From NCBI GenBank assembly GCA_963665115.1, contig OY762007.1:2400001-2464000 (forward strand): DNA of 64,000 nucleotides. Direction: 5' to 3'. Every line of letters starts with the position of its first letter. Position 1 is the first letter of the stretch. Positions 33,010 to 44,519 of this stretch are shown piece by piece. The notes below the pieces were generated by a model. It did not search any database, was not told the DNA's origin, and saw only the letters and a list, made by a program, of their open reading frames with translations. The position numbers were made by a program, and so were the translations under genes. The DNA comes from an uncultured Rivularia sp. GTDB taxonomy: Bacteria; Cyanobacteriota; Cyanobacteriia; Cyanobacteriales; Nostocaceae.

Positions 33010-33136
33010 TCCTTCTCAAGAAGTATTTAAATTTATTTCAAGAATAAAAAACCCAGTAAAAAACCGGGTTTATACAAGTATTCCAATAAGTAACTAATTG
33101 TTATTTATTAGCAATATTACTAAAAACTAAATTAAT

Positions 33137-33700
33137 TTATTCACCGTAACAAGTTGTACCTGGAACTCTTTCGTATTTAAACTTATTACAATCCTTAAGG
33201 GTTTCTGACTGTGAAGCCCACCAATAAGGCTTATCAGATGAAACAACACCATTTCTCAAGGTTGTTAATCGGAAATTTGCTCCTCGGAAGTTTGCTAGAA
33301 ATACATTTGCTCCAGTTAAGTTAGCTGCCGATAAATTAGCACTCATTAAAGCAGCATAAGACAAGTTAGAATTTTCCATTGAAGCTGACCTCAGATTCGC
33401 ACCTACCAAGGAAGCGCTTGAAAGATTAGCATTGCTCATAATGGCATTTTGTAAATCTGCACCCGTAAGGTCGGCATTTGAAAGATTAGCACCTGTTAAA
33501 TCCGCACCTTTTAAATTCGCATCTCTTAAATTTACCCCTGACAAGTTAGCTTTCGATAAATTAGCACCACTTAAATCGCATCTCGGACAAGCACCATTTG
33601 CTTGAAAACGTTCTATATCTTGCGGATTAAATGCTTTTGTTTGTTGCATAAATCCCAAACAAGCTAACAAGGTAATACTAGCTACAACTGCTGATTTCAT
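33137..33700 (-). CDS. Secreted pentapeptide repeat protein
   Basis: Signal peptide, CPRCDL, A(D/N)LxxA repeats. Confidence 0.92.
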   Translation of the reverse strand: MKSAVVASITLLACLGFMQQTKAFNPQDIERFQANGACPRCDLSGANLSKANLSGVNLRDANLKGADLTGANLSNADLTGADLQNAIMSNANLSSASLVGANLRSASMENSNLSYAALMSANLSAANLTGANVFLANFRGANFRLTTLRNGVVSSDKPYWWASQSETLKDCNKFKYERVPGTTCYGE

Positions 33701-33983
33701 TTTCTTTAGAGATACTTATGAAGGTCGGGGTTTTAAACAATTATGTATTGCTATACTTACATATACAAACTGTTTATTATATAACAAGTATAAAGAATCA
33801 ATAAATAAATTATAAAAAAGTTGTAAATTGTTAACTCTGAACTACTCAATCCCATATACAAGTTTTAGAATAGTGACATCGAGAAATATACCGAAAGTTC
33901 TATAGTCTACGAATTATCGAATCCCTCTAGCCCAGTTATATGGTGGCGGAGGGATTCACTTTTTTTGGTAATTGGGCATTGGG

Positions 33984-34113
33984 GAGAGGGGGAGATGGTG
34001 AGAGGGGGTAGAGGGGCTAGAGGGGGTAGAGGGGGAGAGGGGGTAGAGGGGGTAGAGGGGGTAGAGGGGGTAGAGGGGGAGACAAGGAGACAAGGAGACA
34101 AGGAGACAAGGAG
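33984..34113. repeat. G-rich 9-mer (GGGGTAGAG) and 8-mer (GGAGACAA) tandem repeats
   Basis: Directly visible. Confidence 0.9.
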
Positions 34114-34158
34114 ATATTTAAGACAATTCATAATTCATAACTGTTCACTGTTAACTGT

Positions 34159-35922
34159 TTACCTCCAGCCTAGAAGCTTTAATGCGGGAACTACTAGGTA
34201 GTTACTGATTCCTAACCAAAAACTGATGAAGATACCTAACATACTGAAGAAGCCGATTTTGAGCCAAAGTTGCGATAAATCGAAGGGGCTGGAGGAATTT
34301 AATATGGTTGGTGATAATCCGAGGTTTATTAAGCCTGCAAAAATAATTGCCGTACCAAATGCGGTCATTATGGCATGGATGATTTGATGGGAACGAAGTC
34401 CTAAACCCAAGGTGAGAAGGGACATGGCAAATAATATTAGCCCTACCCATGCTTCTGCTTGTTGTGGTGCTATTAGCTGTAAGATAAACCAGCCTCCGCT
34501 ATAACCTATTATTCCCATTACGGAAGATATCAAAAATCGTCGCCGTTGACTAAAACCCCCTGCTAAAGTTATTCCCCAAGCTGTTCCTAAACCGGATGCT
34601 GCAAACAAAACTATCTCCGAACCTAATACGGGTTGAGGATTGGATGTAAAAGCTATTATTAGATTCGCAACCACTTCGCCAACTCTATCGCCGAAAACTG
34701 TACCAAATGCCAGGAAAAAACCGGCAATTGTACCTATGCAAGCGCCGATACTTGCTAAAATCATTGTCCACAACGTTTCAAAACAACCGCGAATTATCCC
34801 TACAATTGTTTTAAATGCGAACAAAGTAGTATTGCTGACACCTTGAGTTGCTCCTAAAATCAATTGCTGAATAAATTCTTTGATTCCCTGGAGAACTTTT
34901 TTTATAGATTCTGCTGTTCTTTTAAAAATATTTTGTCGCGGACGTGCTGGCAGATATGATGTCGATTTGATTATTTGCGCCAAACGTTTTTGAAGAATTA
35001 CTGCATTTTCGGGACGCGATCGCACTTCTTCTTGTGCCATATCGTCCAGTAAATCTACCAGCAGAGGGTTGACATCGCCGCCATACTCGGAAAATTTTAA
35101 CACTTCTCGCCAGCGTAATGCTCCCGTTAGCGGATCTTCCAATTCTTGAGGATTTTTACCCGTAAGTAATTCAATCATTGTTCTTGCAAGAGCGTAAAAA
35201 TCGGCTGATGGCCCAACATTACGTCCCGTAACTTGTTCTGGCGGGCTGTAGCCGGTGGAAAATAATCTGGTAGAACTAGATTGGCGGTGAGAGGCTGCAA
35301 CGCTAAAGTGTTTGGCACCACCAAAGTCAATTACCACCAATTGAGCGTTCTTTAAATTGGAAGAAAAATCGCGCAGCATCAGATTTGAAGGTTTAATGTC
35401 GCGGTGAATAATCATATGTTCGTGGAGGTGTCGCAAAATATCCACCGTTTGCTTCAACCAACCCAAAATCAACTCTTGAGAACAACCATTCGGATACAAA
35501 TAACGAACTTCTTCCAAAGTTTGGCCGTTGATTTTTTCCATGATCAAACAAGGTAAATCCATATCTTGGTTAGAACTTGAGAGATGATGGAAAAAATGCC
35601 CATCCGGTTCAACTTTAGGAACACCCCCATGCTTTAAACGCTGTAAGACTTCTGCTTCCTGAGCAAATAATTCCAGTGCTTTCGGCGAAGTTTCCACCAG
35701 TACTTTCAAAACTTTTTCTGTTTGTGTCTTGATATCCCAAACCGTGTAAATGCGAGCAAAACCCCCAGAACCCAAACGTTCCAGAGGAATAAATCGATCT
35801 TGCATCTGTAATTGTGCGCCACAGGCAAGACAAAATTTGTTTCCCCAAGGCTGAGGATAAGGACGCGAACAGTTAGGATTTACGCAGTGAATTGCATTTA
35901 AATTAGGTTGGGAATTGGACAT
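34159..35922 (-). CDS. Ser/Thr protein kinase with N-terminal 4-Cys motif and C-terminal multi-TM domain
   Basis: CVNPNC...CLACG, LGSGGFA, VLKVL, HRDIKPSN, IDFG, YSPPEQ, DFYAL; hydrophobic C-terminus. Confidence 0.93.
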   Translation of the reverse strand: MSNSQPNLNAIHCVNPNCSRPYPQPWGNKFCLACGAQLQMQDRFIPLERLGSGGFARIYTVWDIKTQTEKVLKVLVETSPKALELFAQEAEVLQRLKHGGVPKVEPDGHFFHHLSSSNQDMDLPCLIMEKINGQTLEEVRYLYPNGCSQELILGWLKQTVDILRHLHEHMIIHRDIKPSNLMLRDFSSNLKNAQLVVIDFGGAKHFSVAASHRQSSSTRLFSTGYSPPEQVTGRNVGPSADFYALARTMIELLTGKNPQELEDPLTGALRWREVLKFSEYGGDVNPLLVDLLDDMAQEEVRSRPENAVILQKRLAQIIKSTSYLPARPRQNIFKRTAESIKKVLQGIKEFIQQLILGATQGVSNTTLFAFKTIVGIIRGCFETLWTMILASIGACIGTIAGFFLAFGTVFGDRVGEVVANLIIAFTSNPQPVLGSEIVLFAASGLGTAWGITLAGGFSQRRRFLISSVMGIIGYSGGWFILQLIAPQQAEAWVGLILFAMSLLTLGLGLRSHQIIHAIMTAFGTAIIFAGLINLGLSPTILNSSSPFDLSQLWLKIGFFSMLGIFISFWLGISNYLVVPALKLLGWR

Positions 35923-36240
35923 GGGGAATTGGGCATGGGGAGTTAGGAGTAGGGAGTAGGAAGTAGGGAGTAGGGAGTTAGGAGTTAGGATTTGGGAATT
36001 TAAGGAAAGAATTTGATCAAGATTTTAGCAATTGGGGTATGAGACTACTTTTACATCTTTCACTTGTGGCTAGTTCCTACAGAAAGTTTCCAATCACAAG
36101 ATTTTTAATTCCTGACGACGGAATTTTTATTTGTGTGCGGACAGGAAGTTGGGGAGATAGGGAGAGTGGGAAAGAGAATTCTTCACTACTCATTACTTGC
36201 TACTTACTACTCTTAACTCATAACTCCTAACTCCTAAACT

Positions 36241-37840
36241 TTAACTACACCCTTCCCAAGAAATAGGGAAAGTTTGTTTTGATAGTAATGAGAAATCATC
36301 TTCATGGCTTGGGGTTTCTTGATCGAGAACTTTGACTACTCTGTTATAGATTTCTTGTGCTTGTTGCGGGGAATCACCGATGCTGGTTAATCCTAATTTA
36401 CCAAATTGTGATAAACAACCCATTAAATGGAATACTGTACCCGTTTCGGTTCCGGTATCGAAATGCAGTCTGTGTTGAGCAATAATATCCATTAAATCGT
36501 TGGGTAAAAGTCCCTTGTAGCGATCTTTTTGCAAGTTATCGGTGGCGATATAATATTTTGGTCGTCCTTGCTGAGAGTAAAATAAACCTGTAGAAGGTTC
36601 GTAGCGACCATTTGTAAGTAATTTTAAGGTCATGAAGGGATGGGTGGTACCACCTTTTCGCAAATTTATTTCAATTGCCTGGATATCCCATTGTCCATCA
36701 TGTTTGACAACTATAAAATCTACGCCGTATCTTTCTAAAGCGCCTTTTTCTGCTAACTTGCGACCAACTTGTAAGCCCAACTGCTGCAACTGCAATCTAT
36801 AATCTTCATCAGCAGGAAATTTACAACCGAGGAAGATTTGACCATCTGGCCCCCCCTAAAATTTGGTCGTGAGTAGAAAGAATTTCCACTTCTCCCGTCG
36901 GCGTAATCCTTCCTTGAACGCTTGGTGAAAGCTTAATTTCACCTTCTACAAAAGCTTCTACAATTGCGCCTAATTCGGCTATTCTTCCCGAAAATGTTGA
37001 CCAATTTTCAAGTTTTGCTTGAAAACTCATATTGTGAAAATTTTCAGTAATTTTCGCTACCCTTTCTTGATGAGATGCTTTTGGAGGAGCTATTTCAAGA
37101 ATCGGTCTTAAATCTAACAGCGCATTTCCTTCCCCAGAAATTCCTTCATTAAGTTTTACCACCATCCTTTGTAATGTTGGCTCGCGTTCCCATAATTGAA
37201 CTGCGGCTTCTGCTAAATCTTCTATATTCCACTTCAGTTCGCTACCATCTGGAAAAGGAACTTCAGCTTCGGCAAAAATTTGTCTGGAGCCGCTTTTTGT
37301 CCCCCAATTCTGTAAATCTGGAGCAGCGGCATACAGCGGAACTCCCAATTTTAAAGACAATTCCGCTTCAAAACCAGTAGAGTTGTAACATATCATAAAA
37401 GACTTATCTATTCTTAAAGCTTGTTGAATATGCTGTAATAACCGGGGACGTTCTAAAATTTTTTGACTCAGAGGTTTGAGTGAGGAATCGTAAGTAGAAA
37501 GCAGTAGTAAGCGATTGCGAGCATGAGAGAAAGGAATTCCCGGTAACAGTTGTAAATAATAATCGATAATACTTGGATGTAAAGGCACCGATGTTACATA
37601 AATTAGCCGGTTGCGGGGGTTCCATAACCGAATTAAAGAAAATAACAAACGTTCTTCATAATGTTCGTAACCTTCAACCTTTTTTAATTCCCGCTGATCG
37701 AGACTAAGAGAAGGAATTACTAAAATATCTACATCACTCGTATCGCTTTCATCACCTTCTATACATTTCCACTTATCGCGCAAACCCGACTGAAGATAAC
37801 GAAATTTTTCTAACAACTCTTTATCTGTGATGTGAAGCAT
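36241..37840 (-). CDS. PGM1-related ATP-grasp peptide ligase-like protein, +1 frameshift in G-run near 36853
   Basis: HYEERLLFSL, WGTKSGSR, VVKLNEGISGEGNA, SPSVQ, STHDQILGG|PDGQIFLGC, GVDF, IEINLRKGGTTHP. Confidence 0.8.
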
Positions 37841-38050
37841 TTTATTAATTTTGGGTTATTTACGATCAATTATCAGTTATTGGTTGCATTAAGACGTAAT
37901 GCGACTTGGTGCGGATGCAATATATAGCAATTTATCATTTAAATTTATTCCTAATAGCCTAAAAAGTGTTCAACCATTCGAGAGATGAGCATATGCACAA
38001 CTGCTGTTACCATAGCAATGACTATTGTTAACCTAATTACAAATATAAAT

Positions 38051-38308
38051 ATGCCATCTCCTACACCACTAAAAGGGACCGATCTAGTAGACTGCGCGAA
38101 AGCAAACGCTAAGCAAGGAATAGAAACCGCTGCTTTTCTATGTGGGTATGGTACTGATTTAAATACATTTAGACAAGAACTGAGTAATGCTTGCGAAGAG
38201 ATGAATTTACAAGTTTCCGAACTCAACGAATTAATTACCGACCAAGATATGCTTTTAGATATCGGCAATGGGGAAATAGTTGCTCCCGATTCTCCAGGGA
38301 AATTGTAA
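38051..38308 (+). CDS. Small conserved-looking cyanobacterial hypothetical protein
   Basis: MPSPTPLKGTDLVDCAKANAKQG...CGYG...IVAPDSP; start chosen at ATG 38051. Confidence 0.65.
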   Translation: MPSPTPLKGTDLVDCAKANAKQGIETAAFLCGYGTDLNTFRQELSNACEEMNLQVSELNELITDQDMLLDIGNGEIVAPDSPGKL

Positions 38309-38318
38309 TCAGTTACCT

Positions 38319-38419
38319 GTAGGGTGTGTTACGGCTTTAAGATAGATGGAAAGCGTAACGCACCAATATCAGTGAACAGTGAAATATTGTAGGCTGTGTT
38401 ACGGCATAAATAACGCACC
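38319..38419 (+). repeat. Two GTAG-type REP-like hairpins (GTAGGsTGTGTTACGGC...TAACGCACC)
   Basis: Copies at 38319-38364 and 38389-38419 between convergent genes. Confidence 0.65.
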
Positions 38420-38485
38420 ATTATCAGTTAACGGTAAATTTACCGGCATTACTTGAAGGTGTAACTATCCACTATCAACTATCAA

Positions 38486-39932
38486 TCACAATTTAAGAAT
38501 AAACTTTGCCAAAGCGAAGTAAATCATAACACCTGCAACATCGACTGCTGTAGTAATAAACGGTGCAGACATCAATGCTGGATCTAACTTCATGGAGCGG
38601 AATAAAAACGGTAGCGAGGAACCGGAAACTGAAGCCAAGATCGAAATCGCAACCAAACTAGTACCAACTGCGATCGCAACTTGTAAGTTACCTTGCAATA
38701 GAAATGCCCATAAGGTGGCGATGCTTCCTAATGTTATTCCTAATATTGCACCAGCGAGGGCTTCTCTACCTATTACTTGAAGTGTACCCAACGAGCGGAT
38801 TTCATCGGTGTTCATGCCGCGAATCACTACCGTGGATGATTGAGCGCCAACATTACCTCCGGTACCCGTAAGTAAAGGAATAAAAGCCGCTAAACTAACG
38901 ACTTTTCTTAAAATATCTTCTTCGGATTTAATAATCGTTCCCGTTACGGTGTTAGTGACTAATAATACTAATAACCAAACTACGCGCTTGCGAGCAACGG
39001 TAAATAAATCTGTCTGAAAATAGTTGTCACCGTCAGACTGTACGCCACCACCGAGGGCGTAAATATCTTCAGTGGTTTCTTCCTGGATAATATCTATAAC
39101 ATCATCTACCGTAACAATACCGACTAATCTTTCCTCTCTGTCTACTACAGGTACGGCTAGAAAATCATACTTTTGGATAAGTCTAGCGACTTCTTCTTGG
39201 TCGTTATCGGTATAAACATATATTGGATCGCGACTGATGATTTCGCTAATTTTTTGTTCTGTATTAGCCGTTACCAATTGTCGCAGTGAAACAATACCAC
39301 TTAAACGCCTAGCATCATCGGTAACGTAAAGATAATAAATCATCTCGCTGGCGTTAGCTTGGCGGCGAATCCGCTCCAAAGCCTGCGCTACAGTAAAATT
39401 TTCCTTGAGCAAGATCAGCTGAGGAGTCATGATCCGTCCAGCAGTGCCGGATTCATAACCCAAAAGTAGTGCAGTAGCTTCCCTTTGAGCCGGGACTAAG
39501 TTGTTCTAAGAGGCGATTGACAACTTTAGCCGGTAACTCATCAAATAACTTTGCACGGTCATCTGGTGACATTTTATCAACAATATCAAGAACTTCCTGC
39601 GAACGAAATTCCTCGATTAACTTTTCTTGAACGTTACGATCGAGATATTCGTAAACCTCAATCGCTTCATTTTTGGAAAGCAAGCGAAACACCAAAGCGT
39701 GCATTGTTTCGGGTAAACCTTCAATCACTTCAGCAATATCCGCAGGCTGCACTGGTACGAGGATTGCCTTTGCACCTCGCAAGTCGCCTTGTTCGAGCAG
39801 CATTTGCAATTGAGTTCGCACTAAATCCCGCAATTCCTGGCGGGTTGATTCCTGAATGACAGAAGCTACATTGTTCATTTCGGTCAATTCGGGTATCTCC
39901 TCAAGGTGATTTGATAATGGTTTACCACTCAT
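38486..39932 (-). CDS. mgtE: Magnesium transporter MgtE, +1 frameshift near 39492
   Basis: QPADIAE, MSPDDRA, LGYESGTAGRIMT, CBS pair, GTGGNVGAQS, DPALMSAPFITT. Confidence 0.93.
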
Positions 39933-40109
39933 AGTTTATGGGAAATTGGCAACCAAAAACGTTCAATCAGTTAATTTTCATTCCTAAGATTGATATCAAG
40001 CACTAGTTTAGTTGTTTAATTTTATTTATTTTGGTTGAGGGCTTTGCTTTACAGGCACCATCTTTGAGTTACTGCAAAACGAGCGGGTTTTCCAACGCCT
40101 AAACTTGAA

Positions 40110-40423
40110 ATGAACAAAGAACTAATCGCGGCGATCGCCATATTTGTATTGGGCTTCGAGTTGATTTCTAAGTCAAGCTCTTTATATTAGCAAAAAGCAT
40201 TACTAACCTTACCGATGGCTTTGTAAGTTTACTTGGTATGGGCAGGGAATTCATCTTTTCTACGATGGTAGTAACAGTTTTGATCGGCATTTTTGCTCAT
40301 GGTTTAACCGCTTTTCCTGGAGCTAATTGGTACGCTAATCGCATTTCAAGCAAGGAAAATATTCAAGATCAAATGCCCGAAATGCTCCTAACCGAAGATA
40401 TGCCCGTTCGCTTACCTTGGTAA
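40110..40423 (+). pseudogene. Remnant of a cation:proton antiporter (CPA1-like); only the termini are left
   Basis: MNKELIAAIAIFVLGF... at 40110 and ...FSTMVVTVLIGIFAHGLTAFP...MPVRLPW at 40238-40423. Confidence 0.55.
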
Positions 40424-40490
40424 ACATAAATGAGGGTAAAAGCTGATGAATAATCCTAATGCAAGCAAAAAGCCCTTGTTTGCAGCAATC

Positions 40491-41345
40491 TTAAAATTTC
40501 CGATCGAATTCGCTGGCGACTTGACAACAGTTTAAAAAAGGGTAGTTAGCTAATTTATCCAGTTTTTCAGATTTTAGCAAGCTTGTCCAATTAGCTAATA
40601 GGGAAGCATTTGATGGTTGACTAAGACGAGCTTCTCCTAAAGTTGTAAGAGCATTGTGCCAGATTCCGTTTTCTGCATAAAGTGCTGCTTTTTGTAAAGG
40701 TGTTGCTTGCTCAATACGTTTTGCAAGCTGAGAATTTAGGTTAACCCGTTCTATCCAACCATCAACAGACTTTGATTCTACTGCTTGCTGGGGACTGCAT
40801 TTGACTTTTAATTTCAAAAACCAATGATATTTCTTTTGATGTTTTGTTTTGCTAATTTGTAATGGTTCTTCTATTGCTTTTTTTGTGGAAACACTGATAA
40901 TTCCTGGCTTTTCTGGTTTATCTAAAACAGTTCTATATATTGTTTTGCTCTTGTTTTGAGACTTATCTTGGATGACAAATTCCATTTCCGTAATTGATGA
41001 TTTGTCATAAGGAACAAAAAACCAAAAAGTAGGATATTCATCGGTTGTTAAACCCCAAATTTTGGTGATTGGAATTGTTTCTCCTCCATCCAGGTTAATA
41101 GTTTGTTTGTAATCGGGAGCCAATGCCATTAGAGATTGTTTGCCATTCCCACATCCCCTACTAGCTGCTCCTCCACGCTCTCCTGCGGCACTTCGATCGG
41201 GTGGTGGTGGTGGTGGAGTAAAGTTGATCGAGCTTTTGCTAGAGTTACCTAATTGTGCGTTTATTGGTAACAAGTAAGCAATGCTGCTAAAAACAGCCGT
41301 AATCAAAGCAACAGAAAGATGTGTTTTATGATAATGGTTTTTCAT
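40491..41345 (-). CDS. DUF928 domain protein
   Basis: Signal peptide, FTPPPPPPDRSA...GGAASRG, PTFWFFVPY, GWIERV, YAENGIWHNALT. Confidence 0.88.
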   Translation of the reverse strand: MKNHYHKTHLSVALITAVFSSIAYLLPINAQLGNSSKSSINFTPPPPPPDRSAAGERGGAASRGCGNGKQSLMALAPDYKQTINLDGGETIPITKIWGLTTDEYPTFWFFVPYDKSSITEMEFVIQDKSQNKSKTIYRTVLDKPEKPGIISVSTKKAIEEPLQISKTKHQKKYHWFLKLKVKCSPQQAVESKSVDGWIERVNLNSQLAKRIEQATPLQKAALYAENGIWHNALTTLGEARLSQPSNASLLANWTSLLKSEKLDKLANYPFLNCCQVASEFDRKF

Positions 41346-41389
41346 AATTAGTTGTTAGTTGTTGGTTGTTAATTGTTAATTGTTAGTTG

Positions 41390-43775
41390 TTAACTGTTCA
41401 CTGTTTTGCAGACAACCGTTGTACTTCCGAAAGCAATGATTGCAGGAACTAAGGGAACCCACCAGCCTTGGGAAGTTAATAAAATGAGACTGCTACCATA
41501 TAAAATAATTAATCCTACTCCAACAGCTAATACTAAATAAATTGGTTTTCGCAAGTACCAAGCTGTTAAACCACCAGTTAAAGCCCATCCCCAAACCCAA
41601 AGTACTTCACCACCTAGTTCCCAGTTTGATATTAAAGCCCGCCGATCCAATGCAGCACTAATTAATTGACTTGTCATTTGGGCTTGTAAAACAACTCCTG
41701 GTATGTTCTGTAATTTCCCTCCAACTGTATAAGGAGTTAAAGCATAATCTTTAAAACTCTCTGCTGTTGTCCCAATTATCACTACCTTTCCTTTAACATC
41801 TTTTTCGTTTAATTTACCTGCTAGTACTTCTCCCAAAGTAATTTTTGGAGCAATTAATTCTGGGGAGGGAGAGGAACGATAGTTAAGTAAAATTTGGTGC
41901 CCCAAGGCATCAATTCCTTGGTAGCCTCCGGTATGTGCTTCTAAAGGTTTAAATTTTAGTTTGCCTAGTTGCCATGCACCGTCTTGAGTGAACTGTAGCT
42001 TAATACCTTTTTCATAAAGGTAACGGCGAGCTAGTTCTACACTTAAAGCATAGGAGGCATTACAAGCTGAACCCGAAGGAGGAGTTAAAGCCAAATAATG
42101 ACGACGCACTACACTATCATTATCTAGAAGAATATCGCTAAAACCCAAATTCTGCGAGTCAACTTCTGGTGGTGGTGCAACACCAAATTTATCCGTAGGA
42201 GTCCCTGACTTGACAAACTGCTACAAAGCGGCTGTTTTGTATCTGCTTTGTTAATTTGGGATAGTTATTATCTACTGGATAATCCCGGTATATATCCAAA
42301 CCAATTGCCGCTGGTTGATATGGCTCTAATTTTTCTAAAAGTTGGCTAAGGGATTTGTCAGACAAGGAACCCCGTGGTTTTTCTGATTGTTGCGATCGCA
42401 CATCTTCTTCTGTCACAGTTACTACCAGTAGCCGTGAGTCTGGAATCTCGGAGGGACGCAATTGCATCAATTGATCGAAGGCTTTAAGCTCAAAGGGTTG
42501 CAGTATTCCCAGATATCTTATTCCCATTAACAGCACGGTAATTACAATGCTTGTGGGGATAGTTAATAGTAAATTAAACCCTTTTTTAGGTGATTTATGA
42601 CGGAATTCTGTATCTGATGTCGCAATATTATTGGTAATTCTATTTTTGTTTATATTTGAATTTACATTTGAATCTATATTTGAATCTATATTTGAATTTG
42701 AACTGTATAAATCTCGCCAATATACGGGAATTTCGGCAGGATTTTGATATATGACAGGCAACCATGTTGCACAAGGGTATTGATTTTCCAATCCCTGCAA
42801 TCTTTCTCTAGCTTCTTTGACTGATATATATAATGATTCTCCTGCGGCGAAAGCTTCCAGAAAATATTTCAAAAATTCCTGTGCGACTTTATCGGGTACT
42901 GGCTCTCGCATCACAATAATTTGGGGAATATTCAAATCTGCGAATTCCCTTGCTAATCCCAAACCATCGCAGGAATTGAAAATCGCTAATTGCAAACCTC
43001 CTTTTAAGGCTTTTTTCAAAGCATATCTTAGCTCGGCGATTGTCAGACTTTCAGTTTGATTAATGTAGATTTTTCCAGTTGCATTAATTTGAGTAATGCT
43101 ATGCCCAGCAAAAAATAAAATTTGCCAATTCTGCTGCCACAATTTATCGTTGATATCTTTTCGTTCTGGCTCTACCAAAAAGCTGATATCTGCATTCGGT
43201 AATTTTTCTAATATTTCGCGGTCAGCTTGGGTATCAATTCCTTCACTATGACCTAAAATAGCTAATATTTTGACTTTATCATCGCTAATTTTATTTTTAA
43301 CAATTTGCTCGTAGTTAGGGGCACTCAAAGCAATTTCTGCTTTAGGATAGCGTTCGAGTAAATCCCACAAATGCCAGGGCATTTTTTGTAACTGGAAGTT
43401 TTTAGTTTGTATAAGTATGCGTATGTCATCTTCTGGTGTCAGTTTCTCCAGCAATTTATCGCAAATCGGACGAAAGGAATCAGCACTAAGCCAAAAATTA
43501 AAATTAACTTTAAACTCGTCAATTTTTTCTTGGAATTCTTCTAAAGAAGACGTTTGAGTAATGTACTTTGGTAAACCTTTAACGCGAGATGGTAATTTGA
43601 AACTACGATAAATAGATTGCCACTGATAATAATCTTTGGCAATTTCTGGATTCGGAGGTAACTTACCTGTAATTTCCAAACTAGGGCGTACATTGTCGTC
43701 ACTTATTTGTAAGATTACAGGAAACCCTTGTTGAAACTCTCCTTCTCCTAACTTTAAGATGACTAATTTTCCCAT
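41390..43775 (-). CDS. CHAT (caspase-like) + CHASE2 sensor membrane protein, +1 frameshift near 42200
   Basis: MGKLVILKL start; FFAGHS and IFNSCDG dyad; ELKAFDQLM, IGLDIYRD, GFSDILLD, IIGTTA, PGVVLQAQM, three C-terminal TM helices. Confidence 0.85.
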
Positions 43776-44519
43776 AGATAGATAGTTTTGTGCAGATTGC
43801 GATCGCCCTGAAGGCGACGTATGGCCCTTTGAGTTTTCAAATATCATATCAAACTGATAGCGAAAGTGCTGAAGAAGGCATGGCGTAAATTAAATCTTTT
43901 TGTTGTTAAGTTCATAATTACCTATGAATACATATGAAATTGAATTGAACAGAAGATCCACGTTTGTTTACTAATAAGAGTGCATATAACTCTTTAGGAA
44001 CAGTTTTTTATTTTTATGCACCCGTAGAAGCAAAAATTTTCAAAAATAATCTGTAAAATCCCGATACAGCAAGGAATTGGCTTTTTGGATTTTACTCATG
44101 AGCTTTATCACTAATATAATCTCTGCCAAACAACCTATTTGCTGATAAAAGCTGTTTTATTTTTACTGATTTGCCAGTGAAAAAATAATAGTAGTTGCTT
44201 TTAATACTTTTGTGTCAGTTGCAATACAATTTGAGAGTCTCGCCTCATCTCCGGTATCCTTCTCTTTTATTTAGCTTAAATTACTTCGTTCGCGCTCAGT
44301 ATTTATGCGTTTCTTTTTATTTTATAGTAAAGATATCATGAAGCTATAGAAATTACACTGTGTTGCGTGGTTTAATACAAAACTAAGTCATCCCAGTGGA
44401 AACAGTATTATTGTTCTTAATAATTTTAATGCATAAGAAAAATAAATATAAATGATAATTTACTGTTCGGAAACTAGGGAAACAAAAAAAATTATAGCCG
44501 CTCTTATGGCATATTTATT

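Noticed and set aside
33907..34201. Low-complexity ORFs (PSTPST / GVEGVE)
   Set aside because: Translations of 9-mer G-rich intergenic repeats
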